From Bacteriovoracaceae bacterium (GTDB lineage: Bacteria; Bdellovibrionota; Bacteriovoracia; Bacteriovoracales; Bacteriovoracaceae), in contig JABIHA010000087.1 of the NCBI GenBank assembly GCA_018649885.1, positions 1 to 64,000 of the forward strand: a stretch of 64,000 bases of DNA. The letters run 5' to 3'. Positions within the stretch are counted from its first letter, which is position 1. Each line of letters starts with the position of its first letter. Both the position numbers and the translations under genes were made by a program. The notes under the pieces are model-generated. The model was given only the letters and a program-made list of their open reading frames with translations. It had not been told where the DNA came from and ran no database searches. Shown piece after piece: positions 38,432 through 47,493 of the stretch.

Positions 38432-38682
38432 CTAATTACAAAAAAATTTCCAGCAAACTGATTAAAAAATAAAAAGATTCCAAATGACCACCAGACCCAC
38501 ATATTCACCTTTTCCATAAAAGCAACTACCACGATAATTAAATCCAGCTAGAGCGAGACATCAATACATTTCTCCACTGCTTAAATTTTTACGCCTTGAT
38601 AAAAGGCGCTCTCAAAACTTTCATAATACCACTAAATTTTCCAGCGCCGTGAGCAATTTCTCTTCATAACTGTCTCCACAAA
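38432..38682 (-). repeat. HNH-associated repeat, copy C (right inverted repeat)
   Basis: The reverse complement aligns to copy B over about 240 bp, with one short insertion near 38490-38503. Confidence 0.9.
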
Positions 38683-38794
38683 TCCCCCACCTATCACAAA
38701 TTTTCTCCAAGTAACCTTCAAAGATAGTCCCATCATGAAAATCTGATTTTATCAATTTTAAAGGGGTTAACTAAATATGAGATACAGAAAAAAT

Positions 38795-40003
38795 CTAGAG
38801 TGATTCAACAGAAAATGAAATTCCTTGACCTACCCCTATACACATAGTGGCCAGACCTTTTTTATATTTGGGGTTGCCCTTCATTTGATGGACCAAAGTG
38901 GTAATGATTCTCGCACCTGAGCAGCCAAGGGGATGACCGAGAGCGATCGCCCCTCCATTAAGATTTACAATAGCAGGATCTAGCTCAAGCTCTTTTATGC
39001 ATGAAAGTGCTTGGGCCGCAAAGGCCTCATTAAGTTCTATCAAATCAAAATCAGAAATCTTTTGCCCATGCCTTTCACAAAGCTTCCTTGTGGCCATGAC
39101 AGGACCTATTCCCATGGTATTCGGATGAACCCCGCAAACCCCAACACCTGTTACTTTTGCAAGTGGATTCAACTGGTGCTTTTTTAAAAAAGATTCCGAG
39201 ACAATTACAAGTGCGGCTGCACCATCATTAAGTGATGATGAATTTCCCGCCGTGACAGTTCCATCTTTTCTAAAAACAGCTTTAAGTGCGGCCAGTTTCT
39301 CTAGAGACGTTTCCTTTCTAGGACTTTCGTCTTTCGAAAAAGTGTATCCCGGTTTTTTCTTTTGCCCAGGAATATCAATTGGTAAAATCTCACTATCAAA
39401 ACGACCATTTTCCTGTGCACTCACGGCCTTTTGATGGGATTCAAAGGCAAAGAGATCTTGCTCTTCTCTACTGAGGCCGTATTTAGAAACTAACTCTTCA
39501 GCAGTTTCTCCCATATTAAATAGAGGAAACATCTTCTCCATAGCAGGGTTTGGAAATCTCCATCCAAGAGTGGTGTCATAAATCTTTTGAGTTCCCGAAT
39601 AATTTGATTCAGCTTTTGACATCACAAGAGGTGCCCTTGTCATGCTCTCCGCTCCACCTACAACAAAACAATCTCCCATGCCTGCAGCAATTTTAGATAC
39701 AGCGTAAATGGCTGCATCCATGGAGGAGCCACAGAGTCGATTAAGGGTAGTGCCGGGAACACTCATGGGAAACTGGGCCAGTAGAGAAGACATTCGCGCC
39801 AGATTTCGGTTATCTTCTCCGGCCTGGTTAGCACAGCCAACAATTACATCATCAATAAAATCGGGATTGATGCCAGAGTGATTTTTTACATCCACAAACA
39901 GCTTTGCCAGAAGGTCATCGACCCTGACAGAGCTAAGCGCCCCTTTAAATCTCCCAATGGGAGATCTCTTGGCATAAATAATATAAGCAGGTTCACCTTT
40001 CAT
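38795..40003 (-). CDS. Thiolase, PcaF/PaaJ-like (3-oxoadipyl-CoA thiolase family)
   Basis: Motifs [31 protein letters not shown] and MCIGVGQG. Confidence 0.92.
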   Translation of the reverse strand: MKGEPAYIIYAKRSPIGRFKGALSSVRVDDLLAKLFVDVKNHSGINPDFIDDVIVGCANQAGEDNRNLARMSSLLAQFPMSVPGTTLNRLCGSSMDAAIYAVSKIAAGMGDCFVVGGAESMTRAPLVMSKAESNYSGTQKIYDTTLGWRFPNPAMEKMFPLFNMGETAEELVSKYGLSREEQDLFAFESHQKAVSAQENGRFDSEILPIDIPGQKKKPGYTFSKDESPRKETSLEKLAALKAVFRKDGTVTAGNSSSLNDGAAALVIVSESFLKKHQLNPLAKVTGVGVCGVHPNTMGIGPVMATRKLCERHGQKISDFDLIELNEAFAAQALSCIKELELDPAIVNLNGGAIALGHPLGCSGARIITTLVHQMKGNPKYKKGLATMCIGVGQGISFSVESL

Positions 40004-40099
40004 AGACTAATTTTTCTCTCAGGCATAAGTTTCTCTTTGACGATTAAAAGGCCTATTAGGTCAAAATACTATGAGCTAGCTCAAGTCATCTTGAAAAAA

Positions 40100-40678
40100 C
40101 TAGCAATCGTGTTCTGGCAGGCAAAAGCCTTTCCTAACCCAGTAGCTATAAACATCAGCATTGTTGTAGGTGGTAAAGATTTTGTTATACCACATACGGG
40201 GCTTAGTTTTTGAATGATATTCTAGATCAAAAGCACCACATCGATGGGCGACTTCATGAATCATGATGGCACTTTGATATTTCTGTGTGTAAGTGTAGTA
40301 CACATCACAAAGTTTAATTTTTCCAAAAATCCAACTCACCCATGCTGAGGCCTTGCCGTCTTTGCAAAGCTTTCCTTTATTCTCACAATTAAATTTTACT
40401 TTAGGGAGAAGCCTATCAATACACTGAGCTCTTTCAAGGATTTGCCAAAGATGAAGATCATAGCCACTTGGTTTTTTTGGGTCACTCATTCTTTGCTTGA
40501 TTTGATTAATTAAATTTTTAATATCTGTGAAGGCAAGCTTTCTAATTGTCTCCACTCCCCTTTCTTCACAGCTAGGTCTCATGGCCCCACTGTCAAACTC
40601 TATAATTTGTCCTGAATAGTTAGGCGTGGTTGCAAAAACTGTACTCGATAGTAGTGAGATAAAAATCCATTTCATCAT
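40100..40678 (-). CDS. Secreted M35/aspzincin-like metallopeptidase
   Basis: Signal peptide; HEVAH..GAFD (HEXXH plus D); NADVY. Confidence 0.75.
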   Translation of the reverse strand: MMKWIFISLLSSTVFATTPNYSGQIIEFDSGAMRPSCEERGVETIRKLAFTDIKNLINQIKQRMSDPKKPSGYDLHLWQILERAQCIDRLLPKVKFNCENKGKLCKDGKASAWVSWIFGKIKLCDVYYTYTQKYQSAIMIHEVAHRCGAFDLEYHSKTKPRMWYNKIFTTYNNADVYSYWVRKGFCLPEHDC

Positions 40679-40958
40679 AACTCCCCCAAATTTAAATTTT
40701 TAATGTATCAAGTCTAATGAAAAAAATAGCTGGGGACAAGTTAAGTGGATGTTTCACAGGCACTCAAAAATGGATCACCACTTTTGAAAAAGTGCAGAGC
40801 AACGACAAACTTTTCTCATAAACTTTAAACCAACTATGGTGCAGCACCATTAGGCTTCGCCAATAAAAATGTAATTAGTGAGTCATTCACATACTACCAC
40901 TACCTTGCGGCAGCATGGGAAGCTTTACCTATAAAACTTGCTGTGATAAAAATGGCGC

Positions 40959-41306
40959 ATGAAAACTCTTCTTATATTGGCACTCTTTTGTATTATTCCT
41001 ACTGCTACTTTTGCTGGACCGGCTCATTTGGCCGATTTCCTAAAGAAGTATCCTAAATGGAAAAAAGCAAAAGTCTTAAAGAACTTAAAATCCTGCTTTA
41101 TTTGCCATATTCCTAAGCAAGACGAGCACAACCCCTACGGCCAAGCTTATTTTAATACTGGTTGGAGAGACGGTGAGTACTCTTTTGAAGACATTGAAGA
41201 CCTAGACTCTGATAAAGATGGATACACTAACATCCAGGAGCTCAAGGCCTTAACTCTACCAGGAGACGCTAAGAGTCACCCGGTGGAAAAAAAATTCGTC
41301 TACTAA
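40959..41306 (+). CDS. Small exported monoheme cytochrome c with a Ca-binding DxDxDG repeat
   Basis: Signal peptide; CFICH; NPYG; DSDKDGYTNIQEL..PGD. Confidence 0.7.
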   Translation: MKTLLILALFCIIPTATFAGPAHLADFLKKYPKWKKAKVLKNLKSCFICHIPKQDEHNPYGQAYFNTGWRDGEYSFEDIEDLDSDKDGYTNIQELKALTLPGDAKSHPVEKKFVY

Positions 41307-41495
41307 ATCTAAAGCTCTAAATCATTTTTTAATTATTTGGCCTACTTCCACGGCTACGCGTCTTCATTAAGATGCGTCAAACATCACCTTGCAGCAACAA
41401 AAACTTACTTACTTTAGCCGCGCTCCCTGTTGCCAACCCATGAATTTTGTCTGAAACTTATACGACAGATTAGCTCTACTAATGGATGGGACGTT

Positions 41496-42386
41496 TTGAA
41501 GAAACTCTTTATATCATTTGCCTTGTTGATATCCACACTTGCTGGCGCAAAAGAACCTTTAATCTTCGCTAGCTACAATATCCGAAATTTTGATTACGAC
41601 ATGAGGGAAGACATCCCCACTAATAAAAGTGAGCTGGCAAAAATTATCAAAGGCATAAATGCCGATTTGATCGCCGTTCAAGAAATCGTTCAAGGTGATA
41701 TATTTGAAGCGTTTGTTAAAAAAAGACTTCCTAACTTTAGTGTCAGCCTTTCTACCTGTGGTGGAGCTGGTCGCCAGAAACTGGGTTTTGTATACAGAAC
41801 CAGCAAATTAGAACTCTTAAAATTCATTGAAGACAATAGCGTTTCTGGTGGTGGTAAGTGCGGAAGAGGACTTAGACCAGCAGCTATTGGAAAATTTAAA
41901 ATAAAAAGTGACAGTACTGAATTCACGGCCTTTTCTCTCCACCTTAAGGCCGGTGGCAGACCACAAAATGCCGATGTCAGATTCAAGCAGTATGGCTTCA
42001 TTACACAAATTGTTGAATCCCTTAAAAGAGACGGCCAAAAAAATATCGTCATGATGGGAGACTTAAACACTACTCACTACTTATTAAAAGATAAGTATTA
42101 CGCCCGGTTTGTGGATTTTGTTTCTGACAATGGCCTAGTTGATATGGCCTCTCAAATAAAATGCTCGTCCTACTGGTGGGGTGGAAGAAATGATGGCAAG
42201 GAATACAAATCCCTACTCGATCACGTCATGATCAGCCAGGAATTCTACAATAGTTTCAAGTCTCACTCCATTAGCGTAAAGTCTCACTGTGAGAAGTCTG
42301 CATGTAAGACCTCACGAGCTGATGAGCTAGGCATCTCTTATCAAGAGGTAAGTGACCACTGCCCAGTCGTTGCCACACTTAAATAA
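41496..42386 (+). CDS. Secreted endonuclease/exonuclease/phosphatase (DNase I-like)
   Basis: Motifs SYNIRNF, AVQEI, HLKA, GDLN, LDH and SDHCPV. Signal peptide from the TTG at 41496. Confidence 0.9.
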   Translation: MKKLFISFALLISTLAGAKEPLIFASYNIRNFDYDMREDIPTNKSELAKIIKGINADLIAVQEIVQGDIFEAFVKKRLPNFSVSLSTCGGAGRQKLGFVYRTSKLELLKFIEDNSVSGGGKCGRGLRPAAIGKFKIKSDSTEFTAFSLHLKAGGRPQNADVRFKQYGFITQIVESLKRDGQKNIVMMGDLNTTHYLLKDKYYARFVDFVSDNGLVDMASQIKCSSYWWGGRNDGKEYKSLLDHVMISQEFYNSFKSHSISVKSHCEKSACKTSRADELGISYQEVSDHCPVVATLK

Positions 42387-42462
42387 CACTAACTACTGTC
42401 TTTCTCGTTGACTACACGAGGTACAAATTTTATTGTGCCTCAAAAAAACGGAGAAAATGCCC

Positions 42463-42822
42463 ATGAAATTTCTTGTGATGATAATCTCACTTCTATCTAC
42501 TACTTCTTCTTTTGGACAAGCAAAAGTCCAGCTCGAATCAATCATCACGGCTGAAAATAACTGGAGTCAAATAAGTACTAAAATACAAGATCTTCATTCA
42601 GTCCAAGTTAGACCCATAAAAAAAGATCTTCACTGTGTAGAAAAAAGACTAGTGGATTCACAGCTAATTGTAGGAAGTTGTATTATCAAAGTCCTAAGTA
42701 CCAACTCAATTATGATCTACAATGTGAATTTAAGTTGGAATGTTAACTACCAAAATCGTACAGAGCCATACTACAAAGTTGTCGCTGTAAACTTCTTGGG
42801 GTTTCATACAAATAGATGGTAA
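42463..42822 (+). CDS. Secreted hypothetical protein
   Basis: Signal peptide MKFLVMIISLLSTTSSFG; GGAG RBS. Confidence 0.55.
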   Translation: MKFLVMIISLLSTTSSFGQAKVQLESIITAENNWSQISTKIQDLHSVQVRPIKKDLHCVEKRLVDSQLIVGSCIIKVLSTNSIMIYNVNLSWNVNYQNRTEPYYKVVAVNFLGFHTNRW

Positions 42823-42826
42823 ATCT

Positions 42827-43927
42827 CTATTCCTCGAAAACCCAACTATCGTTATCAGTTGTTAGGTGGCCATTTTGATTTACACCATAAGGGCGTTTTG
42901 AAACTCCCATGCCTCCCCCCCAATCATGAATAATATCTATGCTTGTTACATGACTGCTAAATTCCTCAACGCAGCTCAAATACTTAGTATAAACACCTTC
43001 ACTTCCACAAAACTCATCATATTCATCATCATCAAGCTTAAGTACACTGCTCGCAACACTGTCACAGTCTGAGAAATCGATATCTATTTTCTTTAAAAGA
43101 TAGGCCATTGACTCCGCTTCAAATCCAACCCCCCCAAAATCTTGAAACATGGCCAGACTCTCTGGGCTCCAGCCCAAGGAAGGTGCACCACCAATTTTAT
43201 TAATAACTTGTCCACTTCGATGGGGTGATGTCACAAGCGCAGCATTTTCTCTCGCTTTGTCACAGGTGGGCTGCAGTCCTTTTTCAATCTCTTTTTTTAA
43301 TTTTGAATAATTGATTTGGGGTTTTGCTTCTTCATCCCCGCTTATAATTAATGAAATGGCCCAGGACCCTATAATGGTTGCCATTACTACTAATGCATAA
43401 ATAGCGAGAGGAATTGCGGCAATTGCTTGACTCATAAAAAGATCATCAAACATACCCACCTTTTTGGAAAAGTTTGCTTCCAAAAAGTTATGAAGCCTTG
43501 TTAAATCAAATTTTATATTCTTTGCTGTCGAAAATCTAAAAGATTTGCCGTTAATAAAGATTTGTTTTTTTTCAACTAAGCTATGTTCAATTTTAAAATT
43601 CTTAAACCTAGAAACAATGCGCCCTTTTTCAAAACTCAATTTAGGCAATCGTTTTACTCGCGATACCATACTTTTAATAGAACTCAGTGTTTTCTCATCA
43701 ACTCCATGACCTTTGTAATAATTGTAAATATCTTGGGTATAGGCATTGGGGTTGTCTCTTTTCTTATTATAGTCTTCCAATACCAATTTGATTTTTTGAC
43801 CAATTTGTTTGGCAACTAGCTGACTGACACTTTCAGTGTAATTGATATTGGACTCACCTATGGGAATTTTTGCCTGAGCACTTACCATAGTGAAAATCAG
43901 AACGTAACACAAAATTGCCTTGAACAT
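42827..43927 (-). CDS. Secreted hypothetical protein with an internal hydrophobic helix
   Basis: Signal peptide ending AQA-K; internal SQAIAAIPLAIYALVVMATIIGSWAISLII segment. Confidence 0.7.
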   Translation of the reverse strand: MFKAILCYVLIFTMVSAQAKIPIGESNINYTESVSQLVAKQIGQKIKLVLEDYNKKRDNPNAYTQDIYNYYKGHGVDEKTLSSIKSMVSRVKRLPKLSFEKGRIVSRFKNFKIEHSLVEKKQIFINGKSFRFSTAKNIKFDLTRLHNFLEANFSKKVGMFDDLFMSQAIAAIPLAIYALVVMATIIGSWAISLIISGDEEAKPQINYSKLKKEIEKGLQPTCDKARENAALVTSPHRSGQVINKIGGAPSLGWSPESLAMFQDFGGVGFEAESMAYLLKKIDIDFSDCDSVASSVLKLDDDEYDEFCGSEGVYTKYLSCVEEFSSHVTSIDIIHDWGGGMGVSKRPYGVNQNGHLTTDNDSWVFEE

Positions 43928-43942
43928 ATTTTCTCTCGCTTC

Positions 43943-44884
43943 TTAGGGACTAAATCTAGCATCAGTGACATCTATTTTATTTAAACCTTTGTAAATCTCA
44001 TCATTCCATTCATCTATATGCACTAAGGCCTGGTCAAGGATGGTCAGCATTTGCTCTGCCGTAAAACCGATGTCTCTTTTCCCCCCAGAGCCTGGGCAGT
44101 TATAGCTAATATCTTCATCAATTCCATCATTACTGACACTATTTCCTGAAGACATAATATTGGTGGAGCTTGTTGTTGAGGATTTGGCAGCAGCAGTACA
44201 CAAATGACCTAGACCAAAGGCATGGCCCAGTTCATGCACTTCCGCGGCTTGGTTACTTCCACCTCCGGCCCCACTCTCCACACGTTTGTAATCGAGTAGT
44301 ATATAACCGCGATATTCATTACCGCTATTTCTGGTTCCTCTACCTGTTGTGGCCGAGTCCCCGCTGGAGTCATCCCAGGCATCATAGATGTAAACATTAA
44401 TTGCATCTGGGTCATTGTAGTTATCATTCTCACAATCAGCGATTATGTCGGCCCAGTCAGAGGTGCTGAGGTACTCATCTTTATCACCTTGTTGTACCAA
44501 GGCCTTACAGTCTGACCCCATTCTCCTGAGACTCCTAGGTGAAGGACGACTTTGATAATTTTTTAGATTAAAATGAAAGATCTTCTGGCCATCAACTCCT
44601 CTAAAGTCGTCGGTGAATTTGTCTACAACGTCTTTGTAAATCTCCACAGAAGAATCATCAGTTCCTGCATTTCTAGTGAGAACAACTATATTGATGTCGT
44701 ATTTAAGACATACATCTCCACACCCGTTTACAAGAAACTCATCTAAAAAGGTTTGATTAGTTCTTGAATATTTTTGATCGTCAGTGGGAGTCACTGTTAC
44801 GTAAGGGGCAATTGATAGAGCAAAACTTGAACTAGGTCCTGCCATAAAAACCAGTGTAAATAAAAATAGATTGGCCATTTTCAT
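43943..44884 (-). CDS. Secreted metzincin metalloprotease (pappalysin/M43-like)
   Basis: HELGHAFGLGH zinc motif, NIM Met-turn, FTAEQ, signal peptide. Confidence 0.8.
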   Translation of the reverse strand: MKMANLFLFTLVFMAGPSSSFALSIAPYVTVTPTDDQKYSRTNQTFLDEFLVNGCGDVCLKYDINIVVLTRNAGTDDSSVEIYKDVVDKFTDDFRGVDGQKIFHFNLKNYQSRPSPRSLRRMGSDCKALVQQGDKDEYLSTSDWADIIADCENDNYNDPDAINVYIYDAWDDSSGDSATTGRGTRNSGNEYRGYILLDYKRVESGAGGGSNQAAEVHELGHAFGLGHLCTAAAKSSTTSSTNIMSSGNSVSNDGIDEDISYNCPGSGGKRDIGFTAEQMLTILDQALVHIDEWNDEIYKGLNKIDVTDARFSP

Positions 44885-45137
44885 AGTGCTCTCTCTTTAT
44901 AATATGGATTGTTCAACTAGGTATTCGACAAAAATGCACAAGATATTTAGCTAAAACATCTGTGCTGGTTAGATAAAAAATAAAAATTGTTTGTATATTG
45001 GAAGAATTGCCTCAGGGTGCGTTAGGTGATGCACTTCAAACTCCCCTCCTTAACCTTTGCCGCAATGCTTTTTGGTACCGTTTCTCTGACACTGAGGTTA
45101 TATTTCTTCCTCATAAAAGTTTATCAAGGAGCCTTAG

Positions 45138-46025
45138 ATGCCTGAAGCGGACCACACTCAAAAAGAGAAGCAATTCTACACTGATATACAACCCAAAAAT
45201 GAGGGATTTTTCCTTAAAGGATCCAACTCTTATGACTGGGGAATGAAAAATCGTCTCTCCAATATATTCGATCCCAAGTCTGGAAAAACTGTCATGCTTG
45301 CCTTTGATCATGGATATTTTCAAGGTCCCACTACAGGTCTTGAAAGAATTGATGTCACCATTCTTCCACTGATTGAATATGCTGACACACTAATGCTAAC
45401 GAGGGGAATTCTTAGAACGACTATTCCTGCAACTTACAATAAAGGGATTGTCCTTAGAGCAAGTGGCGGGCCTAGTATTTTAAAAGAATTATCCAATGAG
45501 CAGCTTGCCATTGATATTGATGAGGCCATCAGGCTCAACGCTTCTGCCATGGCCGTTCAGGTTTTTGTTGGCGGTGAGTTTGAAAGTAAATCCATCCACA
45601 ACATGACTAGATTAATTGATATGGGCAACAAGGCCAGTATCCCCACTCTAGGGGTCACGGCAGTTGGAAAAGAGCTTGTTAGAGATGCCAAGTATATGAG
45701 ACTCGCTACAAGAATGCTTGCTGAGCTTGGATGTACCTATGTAAAAACCTACTTTGTGGAAAAAGATTTTGATACTGTTGTTGCCGCTTGTCCTGTACCT
45801 ATTGTTATTGCTGGTGGAAAAAAACTGCCTGAGCTCGATGCACTTGATATGGCCTATCGGGCGATTCAAGCGGGGGCCCTTGGCGTTGATATGGGAAGAA
45901 ATATCTTTCAATCAGAAGACCCAGTAGCAATGATTCAAGCAGTGAGAAAAGTGGTTCATGAAAATGAAAATCCTAGGGCCGCCCATGATTACTACCTGAC
46001 ACTAAAAAATGAAAACAACCGCTAG
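45138..46025 (+). CDS. lsrF: LsrF-family thiolase / class I aldolase
   Basis: Motifs [32 protein letters not shown] and [10 protein letters not shown]. Confidence 0.92.
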   Translation: MPEADHTQKEKQFYTDIQPKNEGFFLKGSNSYDWGMKNRLSNIFDPKSGKTVMLAFDHGYFQGPTTGLERIDVTILPLIEYADTLMLTRGILRTTIPATYNKGIVLRASGGPSILKELSNEQLAIDIDEAIRLNASAMAVQVFVGGEFESKSIHNMTRLIDMGNKASIPTLGVTAVGKELVRDAKYMRLATRMLAELGCTYVKTYFVEKDFDTVVAACPVPIVIAGGKKLPELDALDMAYRAIQAGALGVDMGRNIFQSEDPVAMIQAVRKVVHENENPRAAHDYYLTLKNENNR

Positions 46026-46038
46026 TATAGGAAAAAAC

Positions 46039-46437
46039 ATGAGCGCAAATTTTCAGCTTTTACATATCGGAATCAGTGTAAGCGATCTAGAAAGATCGCT
46101 TGACTGGTATCAAAAATACCTTGGGCTCGAAGTCGTCAAAAAATTTGAAAAAAAAGAATTAGAAATTACTGGTGCCCTACTCAGTAATGGTAATTTTTCA
46201 CTGGAAGTTCTTAGGCCCGACTCTCTAGAAAGTGGCCACGGCAAAAAAAATGGCCAACTAGTTGAGGCCCTTCGAGGCAGTGGAAGTAATCATTTTGCTG
46301 TAGAAGTTGAAGACCTCAAAAGCTTTTATCAATGCCTTTTAAATGACCGACAGAAGCTTGTTTCAGAGATTATTGGGGACAAGATGTTCTTCGTTAAAGA
46401 CCCCGATGGCAGCCTCATTGAAGTCAAAGGCCAGTAA
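46039..46437 (+). CDS. VOC/glyoxalase-family protein
   Basis: Motifs HIGISVSDLERS, NHFAVEV and DPDGSLIE. Start is 46009 or 46039. Confidence 0.85.
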   Translation: MSANFQLLHIGISVSDLERSLDWYQKYLGLEVVKKFEKKELEITGALLSNGNFSLEVLRPDSLESGHGKKNGQLVEALRGSGSNHFAVEVEDLKSFYQCLLNDRQKLVSEIIGDKMFFVKDPDGSLIEVKGQ

Positions 46438-46469
46438 AACCATAAAAAAAGAATATTTGTGAGCTGCAA

Positions 46470-46485
46470 TGTGATTTAGCTCACG
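46470..46485. promoter_or_regulatory. CRP/FNR-family-like binding site
   Basis: TGTGA-TTTAGC-TCACG matches TGTGA-N6-TCACA at 9/10 positions; upstream of the cytochrome operon. Confidence 0.5.
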
Positions 46486-46557
46486 GATAGGATGTAAAAA
46501 TTTTAGTATATATAACAAATATAATGCAAGGAATTATTTCTCTCTAAAGGTGCTAGC

Positions 46558-47475
46558 ATGAGGTTTTTGATCACTCTCATTTTCCTATCTTTGTTATATT
46601 CATGTGGCCCCAGTGGACATATGAAAGTTGAAGCTCTCACCGGTGAAAATTTCTCCAGCTCTCCTGGTCTCAGTCCATTTTCCATTGCCGATTTTGATAA
46701 TACTATATTTCCTATATTTAAAGAAAAGTGTAGTCAGTGCCACACAGGTGCCGGGCTTCCCAATTGGCTTGACTATGACACTGTCATAACTTCACTAAAA
46801 AAAATTGAAGACAGACTTTTTGTAAAACAAGATATGCCAATGATTGGGAAGTTAAGCGAAAAGGAAAAGTCCACAATTAAAGATTGGATTGCAGCAGGTG
46901 CACCTAAAGACGCAAGCGGAGAAGCCAAAAAGCCTGAACTAAAAATTCCTAAAAAAGTCTATAAGTCACACGGTGAAAAACTGGCCGTGACAAATTGTTT
47001 TAATTGCCATGGAAAAGCGGGTCTTGATGCCTTCTATCCCCTGCTAAACGGACAAACCAGTGACTATCTAAAACTTCAACTGCAAGCCTTTAAAGATGGC
47101 GTGCGAGTCGACAATTTAGCGGGCCTTATGAATGGAGTGGCAAAGGCCCTTACAGATAAAGAGATCGACCAAGTTGTGAGCTATCTCACAAGTGCTGATC
47201 CCTGTCAGTGGGGAAAAGCAACGGACCCCATCAAGGGCGACATCGCCAGTGGAAAGGCCAAAAGCTCAATGTGTATGGGTTGCCACTCAGATGGCAATGG
47301 AATGGGAGCACCAAAAATAGAAGGCCAAAAGGCCCTATATATTTTTGAAAGCTTAAGCAATTTTAAAAGTGGCAAAAGAGATAGTGCCTTCATGAAAGGC
47401 GTCGCAGGCCCTCTTACAGATGCAGAAATAAAAAACCTGGCCAGCTACTTTTCTAGTCAAAGCAAGTGCAAATAA
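46558..47475 (+). CDS. Triheme c-type cytochrome lipoprotein (N-terminal monoheme domain plus c4-like diheme)
   Basis: Lipobox LYS-C; heme motifs CSQCH, CFNCH and CMGCH; c4-like P.L.GQ...Y...QL..FK.G.R repeats. Confidence 0.88.
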   Translation: MRFLITLIFLSLLYSCGPSGHMKVEALTGENFSSSPGLSPFSIADFDNTIFPIFKEKCSQCHTGAGLPNWLDYDTVITSLKKIEDRLFVKQDMPMIGKLSEKEKSTIKDWIAAGAPKDASGEAKKPELKIPKKVYKSHGEKLAVTNCFNCHGKAGLDAFYPLLNGQTSDYLKLQLQAFKDGVRVDNLAGLMNGVAKALTDKEIDQVVSYLTSADPCQWGKATDPIKGDIASGKAKSSMCMGCHSDGNGMGAPKIEGQKALYIFESLSNFKSGKRDSAFMKGVAGPLTDAEIKNLASYFSSQSKCK

Positions 47476-47493
47476 AGCTATGAGGATATTAAG

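Noticed and set aside
36640..38760. CRISPR array or classical IS interpretation of the HNH-flanking repeats
   Set aside because: Units are long, diverged and partly inverted, with no regular repeat-spacer period. No cas or DDE/HUH transposase motifs are seen, and no target duplication could be identified by eye.
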